The notes under the pieces: model-generated
The model's input: only the letters and a program-made list of their open reading frames with translations
Database searches by the model: none
What the model was told of the DNA's origin: nothing
Position numbers and translations under genes: made by a program
In this document: piece by piece, positions 1-7,726 of the stretch
Layout: every line of letters begins with the position of its first letter
How positions within the stretch are numbered: position 1 is the first letter of the stretch
NCBI GenBank assembly: GCA_046761065.1
Contig: JBHIFL010000099.1
Location: forward strand, 1-12,744
Reading direction: 5' to 3'
DNA from: Candidatus Heimdallarchaeota archaeon
GTDB taxonomy: Archaea; Asgardarchaeota; Wukongarchaeia; Wukongarchaeales; JBHIFL01
DNA: 12,744 nt

Positions 1-91
1 ATTTTGTAATAAATCAACCAAATAATTTGACTACTTTAACCCTTTATCAGATGCGTATGAAATGGTTTTACACTTGCTGATGGTTCAAAAA

Positions 92-1210
92 TTATTCATT
101 GTTATCCAATGCGTATAATATCTCTTTTCTAACACCTAGATTTTGTTCCATTGAAATTGCTTCTTTAAGAGCATTATGCGCTGGCGCATTGTTGATCATT
201 CCTAAGGCCCAAGCGGCATGTCTTCTTAGGAGGAGGGTTCCGTCTTTCAAGAACTTCTTAAGTGCAGGTATCGCAATTGGGTCACCTGCGTTTCCAAGAG
301 CAACGATCACGTTCCTTTGGAGATATTCCCTTCGGGGGTTGATAAAATCACAGTCAAAAAAGTATTTCCGGTATTCTTCTTCAGACAAATTCAGGAGTTT
401 TATTAAAATAGGACTATATCTGAACTCCGGATTGAAACGGACTATTGCTTTATTTACAGGTCTCACAAGCTTATTGTATGAGCAAACTTCTTGGCAACGG
501 TCACAGCTTACCAATCTGTTCCCCATTTTACTTCGAAGATCTCGAGGGATATCGCCCGTCTTAGTCGTAAGGTAGTCTATGCACTTATTGACATTGATCA
601 TGCCTGGGTTTTTTATGGCAGCAGTAGGACAGGCACGTTGGCAGACTTGACAAGACCCACAGTTCTGAGATATAGGTTCATCTGGTTTAAACTCGACATC
701 GATAATAAGGCTGCAAAGTGTGATCCATGATCCATATTCCTCTGTTAAAATCAAAGAATTTTCTCCCTGCCAACCGATGCCTGCTCTGACAGCGGCCATC
801 TTATAAGGAATGTTATTTTGCTTCGCAACCTGTATGCTCTTTTTACGTAGAAATTCCACAAGCATATCACGCCTCCTGTACATCTCCCCATAGACATCTC
901 TCTGATAAGCTCTCGCGAGAACGCCGTGAGGCTCACCTGGTTTAGTAAGGTCGGGCGGTTCGTCGGTTTTATAACTGAATGCCAAAGAGATGATAGATTT
1001 CGCACCTGGAAGGCTGTTGGAGGGGTCAGTATAGATTTCGAAGTTTTTCAATATCTTTTCATAGGAGATCAGCTCTTTAGGGTATAATCCGACCTTGATC
1101 CTCTCTCTCACCGTCTTTTCATAATCAGTAAAGGGGTCAGCTGAACAAATTCTAACAATTTCGAAACCCAATTGATTTCCTAGTCTTATTACTGCTTCTT
1201 TGGATAACAA
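92..1210 (-). CDS. Epoxyqueuosine reductase (QueG)-like cobalamin/2x[4Fe-4S] protein with C-terminal HEAT repeats; catalytic motifs divergent
   Basis: QueG-type segments DPSNSLPGAKSIISLAFSY and AAVRAGIGWQGENSLIL...YGSW. Eight Fe-S Cys (CGSCQVCQRACP, KCIDYLT, CDRCQEVC). HEAT tail RNVIVALGN...RRHAAWALG. TTG start. Symbol withheld because the DYH and DTG motifs are missing. Confidence 0.85.
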   Translation of the reverse strand: MLSKEAVIRLGNQLGFEIVRICSADPFTDYEKTVRERIKVGLYPKELISYEKILKNFEIYTDPSNSLPGAKSIISLAFSYKTDEPPDLTKPGEPHGVLARAYQRDVYGEMYRRRDMLVEFLRKKSIQVAKQNNIPYKMAAVRAGIGWQGENSLILTEEYGSWITLCSLIIDVEFKPDEPISQNCGSCQVCQRACPTAAIKNPGMINVNKCIDYLTTKTGDIPRDLRSKMGNRLVSCDRCQEVCSYNKLVRPVNKAIVRFNPEFRYSPILIKLLNLSEEEYRKYFFDCDFINPRREYLQRNVIVALGNAGDPIAIPALKKFLKDGTLLLRRHAAWALGMINNAPAHNALKEAISMEQNLGVRKEILYALDNNE

Positions 1211-1306
1211 TCACAGTACCCCGTGAATTTTGGAACTTCCGACACCTTATCTTTGATTATTTTTCAAAAATGTAATTCAAATTATGTCTTACCGCATTCT
1301 GCGCTA

Positions 1307-1349
1307 TTCTTAAATGGACATTTTTCCTTTACTTCAACATATGAGGTGA
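1307..1349 (+). promoter_or_regulatory. Putative archaeal TATA-like box (TTCTTAAAT, 1307-1315) and SD (GAGGTGA, 1343-1349) for amidohydrolase 1
   Basis: GAGGTGA lies 7 nt before the TTG at 1357. A similar TTCTTAWAT sits at nearly the same distance before the paralog. Confidence 0.55.
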
Positions 1350-1356
1350 TTAAACT

Positions 1357-2976
1357 TTGAGTCTTAACAACATTGAGTTTTCAAACCTCTGTCTGGTGAA
1401 TGGGAACATTATCACAATGGATCCGACTAACCCAAAAGCGGAGGCGGTGTTGATTCGTGGGGGAACGATTCTTAGAGTGGGTTTTAGTGAGGAAATAAAA
1501 GCACAATGTGATGAAACCACCAAAGTTATTGATCTGGCTGGGAAAACGGTCCTTCCGGGGCTTCATGACACACACATCCATCTGTTAAGCCGTGGTATTC
1601 TGTTACAGGAAATAGAATTAAGAGAAGCGAGATCCATCGAGGAGATCAAGGAAAAGGTAAGAGAAGAAGCTGGTAAAAAAGCGCCGGGAGCTTGGATAAC
1701 GGGGAGAGGATGGAATGATAATATTTTTGTCACAGAAAAACGATTTCCCACACGATTCGATCTAGATCAGGCGACACCTGATCACCCTGTTGCTTTAAGA
1801 AGGGTTTGTGGGCACATCGTAGTTGCTAATAGTATGGCGTTGGAAATTGCGAATATAACAGCAGGCACCCAATCTCCTCCAGGAGGTCAGATTGACAAGG
1901 ATCCAGAGACGAACGAACCGACAGGAATTCTGCGAGAAGATGCGAGAAATATGGTACAAAATTTAATTTCGTACAGTGACAAGGAGTACTATTCCGCTCT
2001 AAAGGCCGCATGTGAATTGGCATTAAGCAAAGGGATCACTACAATTCATTGCCTACCTACAAATTCTCGAGCTAAATCCCCGGAGTTGAAGATCTTTCAA
2101 AAGTTATATAAGCGAGGGGATCTTCCGCTGCGAGTCTATCTCATGATTCCAGAGCCATCTTTACCCAACTTGCTTGAGCTTGGTATTTCTACTGGATTTG
2201 GAAACTCGTATCTAAAAATAGGGGGGATCAAGGTTCTTTTAGACGGTAGTTTTGGGGGACATACCGCTGCTATGATGGAACCATATAATGATCAGCCTGA
2301 CAATAAGGGCATATTAATCTATTCTGAAGAACAATTACATACAGTTGTCAAGAAGGCCCACAACGCCGGATTCCAATTAGGAATTCATACCATCGGGGAC
2401 CGAGCAGCGAGAATAGCAATAGATGCAATCGAAGCGGCTTTAGAGGAGAACCCGCGAGAAGATTCGCGACATCGGCTCGAACATGCATCAACCCTCAGTC
2501 CGGGGTTAATCCAGCGCATGAAGAAGTTAGGGATGGTAGCCGCCGCTCAACCTCCTTTTATTAAGAGCGATGGTGACTGGGTTCCAGATCGTTTAGGTGA
2601 CAAACGCTCAAGATATGTTTACCCATTTAAGACTATGATAACAGCAGGAATAAAAGTTGCTGCGGGCTCTGATTGCCCTGTTGAACTCATGGATCCTTTC
2701 CAGGGAATTCAAGACGCAGTCACGCGAGTTACTGTCAATGGGACGGTCTTTGTTCCAGAGGAACGGGTCTCTGTCGAGCAAGCTCTTCGTATGTACACCC
2801 TAGATGCAGCGTATGGGGCTTTCGAAGAACACATTAAAGGCTCAATCGAGCCCGGAAAATTCGCAGACATGATAATTGTGTCAGATAACCCCTTCGACGT
2901 TCCAACAGATAAAATCAGTGAGATCGAGGTAGCACAGACGATCGTGGGTGGAAAAATCGTTTATACCAAAAAATAA
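1357..2976 (+). CDS. Amidohydrolase 3 family (YtcJ/NfdA-like) metallo-amidohydrolase, paralog 1
   Basis: NGNIITMD, DLAGKTVLPGLHDTHIH (HxH), GRGW, TGILRE, IKVLLDGS, HTIGD, RLEHAS, GSDCP, KGSIEPGKFAD, TIVGGKIVY. Confidence 0.93.
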   Translation: MSLNNIEFSNLCLVNGNIITMDPTNPKAEAVLIRGGTILRVGFSEEIKAQCDETTKVIDLAGKTVLPGLHDTHIHLLSRGILLQEIELREARSIEEIKEKVREEAGKKAPGAWITGRGWNDNIFVTEKRFPTRFDLDQATPDHPVALRRVCGHIVVANSMALEIANITAGTQSPPGGQIDKDPETNEPTGILREDARNMVQNLISYSDKEYYSALKAACELALSKGITTIHCLPTNSRAKSPELKIFQKLYKRGDLPLRVYLMIPEPSLPNLLELGISTGFGNSYLKIGGIKVLLDGSFGGHTAAMMEPYNDQPDNKGILIYSEEQLHTVVKKAHNAGFQLGIHTIGDRAARIAIDAIEAALEENPREDSRHRLEHASTLSPGLIQRMKKLGMVAAAQPPFIKSDGDWVPDRLGDKRSRYVYPFKTMITAGIKVAAGSDCPVELMDPFQGIQDAVTRVTVNGTVFVPEERVSVEQALRMYTLDAAYGAFEEHIKGSIEPGKFADMIIVSDNPFDVPTDKISEIEVAQTIVGGKIVYTKK

Positions 2977-3073
2977 CATTAGCCAATAAAAATAGTTGAA
3001 TCATGTACTCCTGTATATTAAGAGGGAATATCAATTACTTTTCACATTTTGTTCGTAGTGTTTACTCCTCTTT

Positions 3074-3113
3074 TTCTTATATGATCAAAGTTGATATGCT
3101 AATCGTAAAGGAG
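3074..3113 (+). promoter_or_regulatory. Putative TATA-like box (TTCTTATAT, 3074-3082) and SD (AAGGAG, 3108-3113) for amidohydrolase 2
   Basis: The motif starts 49 nt before ATG 3123, versus 50 nt for paralog 1. Confidence 0.45.
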
Positions 3114-3122
3114 ATCTAATCG

Positions 3123-4733
3123 ATGAACTGGAAATGTGAATCTCCTGGTCTTTGCTTGGTGAATGGCAACATTATCACGATGGACCCGACTAACCCAAAA
3201 GCGGAGGCGGTTGGAACTTATGGGGGAAAGATTATTGGAGTGGGTTCCCAGGAGGAAATGAAAGCGCTGTGCGATGAGTCTACCAAAGTAATTGATCTTT
3301 CGGGAAAAACAGTTCTCCCAGGATTCATCGATTGTCATGTTCATCTTCCATCTTCTGGAGCTTTGTTATCCCAGTTAAACCTGAAAGGTGCCAAATCAAT
3401 TGAAGAAATAAAGGAAAAAGTAAGGCTTGAAGTCGAAAAGAAGACACTAGGAGCTTGGATTGTGGGAAGAGGATGGGATAATACAATTCTTGCTGAAAAA
3501 CGATTTCCTACACGTTGGGATTTAGATACAGCAGCTCCAAACAACCCCGTACTTCTTGTTCGAATTTGTACTCACATAATTTTAGTTAACAGCAAAGCTT
3601 TGGAGCTTGTCAATATTACAAAACATACCGAATCTCCTCCAGGAGGTCAAATCGATAAGGATCCAGAAACGAACGAACCCGCAGGAATTCTGCGCGAGGC
3701 TGCAACCTCGCTGGTACGGAGCAAAGTTACGTTTAGTGATGAAGAATATCTTTCAAATCTAAGGGCAGCATTTGAACTGGCTGTAAGCAAGGGAATCACT
3801 TCAATTCATTCTCTACCAGAACTTGATCAGGTCGTAGCTCCTCAATGGAAGGCGCTTCAAACGTTATTAATGCGTAATGAACTTCCAATACGAATCTATT
3901 TCTTGATCCCTGCGGCTTATTTGTCCGATTTGGTTGAGCTTGGAATTTCGACTGGATTGGGGAATTCAAAACTCAAAATTGGGGCCATTAAGATGCTATT
4001 AGATGGAGGCCTTGGGGGACGGACGGCAGCTTTATCAAAACCATATTCCGACGATTCTGCAAATCGGGGCATTCTAGTCTATGCTGAAGAACAGGTACAT
4101 GAGATTGCCAAGAAGGCCCACAACGCCGATTTTCAATTAGCAATCCATTGTATTGGAGATAAAGCTACTATAATTGCATTAAATACGATAGAAGCCGCTT
4201 TAAAGGAAAAAGAAAAAATCGATCACCGACATCGGATCGAACACGCTTCGGTTTTAAATAAAGAGCTAATCCAGCGCATGAGAAAACTTGGAATGATAGC
4301 ATCTGTGCAGCCACCTTTCATTTTTTCAGATACATGGATCTGTAAACGTGTGGGCGAAGAAAGAGCTAAACTTACGTATCCTTTTCAAACGATGTTAGAT
4401 GAAGGCATTAAAATGGTAGCAAGCTCCGATTCCCCCACTGAAACTATGGACCCTTTATTCGGAATTCAGATCGCGGTGACCCGGGGCACCGCCAAAGGTG
4501 GGAGCTTCATACCGAAAGAGCGGATCTCCGTTGAGCAAGCTCTTCGTATGTACACTCTAGACGCAGCATACGCCTCTTTTGAGGAACAAACGAAGGGTTC
4601 TATCGAACCAGGGAAGTTTGCAGATTTGGTGGTTTTATCGGATGATCCATTCCAGGTTCCAACCCATGAAATCAGTGATATTGCTGTAAAAATGACAATC
4701 GTAGGCGGAAAAATAGTTTACTCTACAATGTAG
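3123..4733 (+). CDS. Amidohydrolase 3 family (YtcJ/NfdA-like) metallo-amidohydrolase, paralog 2 (tandem duplicate)
   Basis: PGFIDCHVH, IKMLLDGG, HCIGD, RIEHAS, SSDSP, KGSIEPGKFAD. Collinear with paralog 1 and shares identical DNA blocks with it. Confidence 0.93.
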   Translation: MNWKCESPGLCLVNGNIITMDPTNPKAEAVGTYGGKIIGVGSQEEMKALCDESTKVIDLSGKTVLPGFIDCHVHLPSSGALLSQLNLKGAKSIEEIKEKVRLEVEKKTLGAWIVGRGWDNTILAEKRFPTRWDLDTAAPNNPVLLVRICTHIILVNSKALELVNITKHTESPPGGQIDKDPETNEPAGILREAATSLVRSKVTFSDEEYLSNLRAAFELAVSKGITSIHSLPELDQVVAPQWKALQTLLMRNELPIRIYFLIPAAYLSDLVELGISTGLGNSKLKIGAIKMLLDGGLGGRTAALSKPYSDDSANRGILVYAEEQVHEIAKKAHNADFQLAIHCIGDKATIIALNTIEAALKEKEKIDHRHRIEHASVLNKELIQRMRKLGMIASVQPPFIFSDTWICKRVGEERAKLTYPFQTMLDEGIKMVASSDSPTETMDPLFGIQIAVTRGTAKGGSFIPKERISVEQALRMYTLDAAYASFEEQTKGSIEPGKFADLVVLSDDPFQVPTHEISDIAVKMTIVGGKIVYSTM

Positions 4734-4921
4734 TATAGATTACTTGAGTAAAATTATGAAATCACTTTTTTCAGGATAAATATAGATTTGTTCCCTTTGG
4801 GCTGATTTCATTACAGAATCTATAAAGCGATCTCCAATGATATCATAACAGATCTATAACCTCGATGAAGAAAGGTCACCAAACTTAATTCAAATCCTGT
4901 CTCGTCACATTTGGTGAACGG

Positions 4922-6007
4922 TTAATCGCTTTCGAAGTTATAAGTTACTCCAAGCCCAGGACCTGGGGGAGACTGGATGATCCCATGTTCTTCTTGGAGC
5001 CCATGAGTCGGATCATCCTCCAATCCTTCTGTTCCAAGGTCATTTGGGTGATTGAAGTTATTGCTTGATAGAGCTAGATGAACTCCAGCTGCTTGGCCAA
5101 TCTGTGTCTCCCATGGGCTAATTACGACGCATTCGATCCCATTAGCTTCCGCAAGAATTGCAATTTTCTTTGCTTTATAAATCCCACCATGTTTGATGAG
5201 TTTTAGCCCAAAAAAGTCTGCGGCTTCGCTTCGGATAAGTTCTACCGCATCTGCAATCGTGCAGATAGACTCATCCACCATAATGGGGGTGCTGGTTGCT
5301 TTTCTCAGTAAACTCAGACCCTCCAGATCCCAAGGTGCGGTTGGTTGTTCTACATATTCTAAATCCCACTTTTCTGTTCTTTTAAGCACTTTCATAGCTT
5401 CTTTTATCGAATAGCCGGCGTTTGCGTCGATTCGGATATGAATTTTATCGCCTAAAGCATCTCTGACTGCTTTCACAGTTTCAATGTCTCGGTATACATC
5501 AATTCCAACCTTTAGTTTGATTGCTTTTGCCCCTTGGTCAACATACCGTGCCGCCCTCTGCGCTATGTCAGAAGGCTCCCCAATTCCAAGGACAGCTCCA
5601 ACCTCTACATACTGCCGACAGCGTCCCCCCAGAAGACGATAGACAGGAATACCCAATGTTTTCCCGAGAAGATCGTAAATTGCCATATCAATTGCAGCTT
5701 TTGCCGCATTATTGGCAGGATACTTCTGATCTAGCTCTCTATGAATCAGTTCCAGATCATAAGGATCTTTTTCTATTAAAATTGGTTTATAATATTTATC
5801 GATCATCATTTGTATGACATCATGGGTCTCCCCCGTGAAGTCTGGAAGGGGGCAAGCCTCTCCGATTCCGGATATTCCCTCGTTGCTTGAGAGATGAACC
5901 ATAACATGATATTTGATTCGCTGCTCTGGCCCATATGAAGTGACAAAATCCTCTTCTGCCATGCGTGTTTCCAAGATTTTTGTCTTAACAGAGACAATCT
6001 TCGTCAT
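4922..6007 (-). CDS. Enolase superfamily, muconate-lactonizing enzyme subgroup (dipeptide epimerase / N-acylamino acid racemase-like)
   Basis: GIGEA, AKAAIDMAIYDLLGK..G.PVY.LLGG, KxK (AIKLKVG), metal ligands D(ANAG)/E(QP)/D(ES), second Lys in GLKLIKHGG. SD-like AGGTGG (6015-6020) and AGGTGA (6024-6029) lie upstream. Confidence 0.9.
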   Translation of the reverse strand: MTKIVSVKTKILETRMAEEDFVTSYGPEQRIKYHVMVHLSSNEGISGIGEACPLPDFTGETHDVIQMMIDKYYKPILIEKDPYDLELIHRELDQKYPANNAAKAAIDMAIYDLLGKTLGIPVYRLLGGRCRQYVEVGAVLGIGEPSDIAQRAARYVDQGAKAIKLKVGIDVYRDIETVKAVRDALGDKIHIRIDANAGYSIKEAMKVLKRTEKWDLEYVEQPTAPWDLEGLSLLRKATSTPIMVDESICTIADAVELIRSEAADFFGLKLIKHGGIYKAKKIAILAEANGIECVVISPWETQIGQAAGVHLALSSNNFNHPNDLGTEGLEDDPTHGLQEEHGIIQSPPGPGLGVTYNFESD

Positions 6008-6084
6008 ACCAGTCCCACCTGTCTCACCTGATTCAATCTTTTAAGGACAATTAATTGGCTTTTCTCTAATGGAAAAACCTCACA

Positions 6085-6831
6085 TTACACAAATACTGTC
6101 TTGTTGAGTTTCTCAAAATCTGCGGCCGGATAGGTGACTCGACTATGCTTGGCTCCCAATTCTACGAACATCTCCGCCGTCTTAATTGCGGTTTTTAATG
6201 GATTAACAATTGGAATATCAACATTTTGGGTAACCATTTCATCAAGCAAGAGGAAAGCCATGGACATACAACCGAGGATAATAGCCCCCGCACCTTTTTG
6301 TTTTGCTAATTCCACACCTTTACTCATCTGTGTTGTGACAAGATCCCTATTTTTCCCCCACATATCCGTCACTGACACTGATACAAACTCTACTGAGGCT
6401 AATCTCGCTTCAAGTCCCATTTCTCTCAACCGAGAACGTATACCGTCTTCTGAAGCAACACCTGCATGTAAAATAGATAGAATACTAAATCGGTCAGATA
6501 GCATGCATGTAAAAAGGTAGGAGGATTCGGCTGGACCGATTACTGGGATGTCAAGAAGCTCACGAGCAGGGGCCAGGCCAGGATCTCCAGCGCATCCAAT
6601 TATTACTGCATCATATTTTCCTTCTTTGCGGAATTCTAGAAGTCTTTTTAACATTGGACCAATTGCCATGTGCTCCTCAATTGATGATTCAATAGATAAA
6701 GGTCCTTCGCCAACCTCCATCACAGAAACCTTGGTTCCAACTTTAGCGATCGAATTAGCAATTTTTGAACGACGGATTAACTCTTCTTCGGGCATTCCCG
6801 CCCCTGGTAGTAAATACACGAGTTCCATCAT
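6085..6831 (-). CDS. Asp/Glu/hydantoin racemase family protein
   Basis: GPLSIES, two catalytic Cys (IIGCAGDPG and ILGCMSM), ARELLDIPVIGPAE. Start moved from TTG 6855 to ATG 6831 (or 6828), which follows AGGGGA and lies 33 nt downstream of a TATA box. Confidence 0.88.
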   Translation of the reverse strand: MMELVYLLPGAGMPEEELIRRSKIANSIAKVGTKVSVMEVGEGPLSIESSIEEHMAIGPMLKRLLEFRKEGKYDAVIIGCAGDPGLAPARELLDIPVIGPAESSYLFTCMLSDRFSILSILHAGVASEDGIRSRLREMGLEARLASVEFVSVSVTDMWGKNRDLVTTQMSKGVELAKQKGAGAIILGCMSMAFLLLDEMVTQNVDIPIVNPLKTAIKTAEMFVELGAKHSRVTYPAADFEKLNKTVFV

Positions 6832-6863
6832 TGTAGTCCCCTGATTTCCTGTCAAAGGAGGAG

Positions 6864-6876
6864 TATTTATATTTTC
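6864..6876 (-). promoter_or_regulatory. Putative archaeal BRE/TATA (GAAAA-TATAAATA) for the racemase-enolase pair
   Basis: The minus strand reads GAAAATATAAATA about 33 nt upstream of ATG 6831. Confidence 0.55.
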
Positions 6877-6971
6877 AGTCGTTTTTTATGAGTATAAATC
6901 ATATAGCTGTTTTACTCCCTTATAAGCCTTTAAATTCGCACTTCCGTCCTATTGAAAGTAAAGTAGAATAG

Positions 6972-7691
6972 CTATATGGACTCAGAGTCTTCTTCGAGAG
7001 CGGATTTCATGGCAGCGGCATGGACTCGCGCACCTTTATAGATTGCACCTCCTTTCGTGCCTTCTCCCCCGGCAAGGCATCCAATTTGTGCAAAAAGCCC
7101 TGTTTTTTCCACTAATCTCTCCAAAGGAATTTTTTGCCGAATTAATTCTTCCACAATGATTTCTGTAGATCCACAGATAGCTCCTCTTTCATAAGTGATG
7201 TTTACAATATTATTGTTATTTTGCTCAACCTTGAACCGTGGAAAGCCAAATTGGCGGAAAAACGGGATATTCGCTTCTTTATCCGTTGGAGATAGCTTCA
7301 ACGCACAAATCGTTGGAGGTATGAAGACTTGGACTTTCCCTCGACAGATATCTTTAATTTGGCGCATTAGACCCTTTTTTTCAATGAGATTTTCAGTACA
7401 CCCGTATACTAATAGCTTTATTCCTGTTTTAACTGCGAGCTCAGCCAAGTAAAGCGCGAGATCCGGATGATTTGTTGCAGAAATCATTAGGTCAGGGTTA
7501 TTAATATCTTTTAAATCAATGAGCTTTTCTGGCTGTTCTATGAAGGGGGGGAGATCTTGAGGGAGCTGTAAACACTTTACCATACAATCCGCCCCGATCT
7601 TTTCCTCCACGTATTCACAAATGCGTTCATAATAAGCATCCCTTCCTACAATTAGAATTGAATATGTGTTAGACAAGTCTTCTCCGCTCAT
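6972..7691 (-). CDS. DUF166 family protein (unknown function; conserved Cys/His)
   Basis: Motif series recalled for DUF166: LP.FIE.PE, HPDL, P..CAL, F..FG.P, RGAICGST, C.A, and C-terminal IYKGARVH. Family assigned by recognition, not by search. Confidence 0.72.
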   Translation of the reverse strand: MSGEDLSNTYSILIVGRDAYYERICEYVEEKIGADCMVKCLQLPQDLPPFIEQPEKLIDLKDINNPDLMISATNHPDLALYLAELAVKTGIKLLVYGCTENLIEKKGLMRQIKDICRGKVQVFIPPTICALKLSPTDKEANIPFFRQFGFPRFKVEQNNNNIVNITYERGAICGSTEIIVEELIRQKIPLERLVEKTGLFAQIGCLAGGEGTKGGAIYKGARVHAAAMKSALEEDSESI

Positions 7692-7726
7692 CCTAATATT
7701 TGATCTTATAAGCTCCTTTTCTAACT

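Noticed and set aside
3-80. Open + frame from the window edge (FVINQPNNLTTLTLYQMRMKWFYTC*)
   Set aside because: Too short and has no recognisable motif. It could be a gene tail but cannot be supported.
99-575. 158-aa + ORF and the other short track ORFs overlapping the main genes (e.g. 6134-6520, 6548-6844, 5521-5817)
   Set aside because: Antisense or alternate-frame shadows of well-supported genes, with no motifs.
6832-6855. Racemase N-terminal extension from TTG 6855
   Set aside because: The TTG lies only 8 nt from the TATA box and has no SD. ATG 6831 fits better.
6920-7714. CTTATAAGC on both sides of the DUF166 gene as a target-site duplication or promoter
   Set aside because: Short, AT-rich and palindromic at its core, which also occurs inside the QueG-like gene. 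The upstream copy is too close to the ATG for a normal TATA box.
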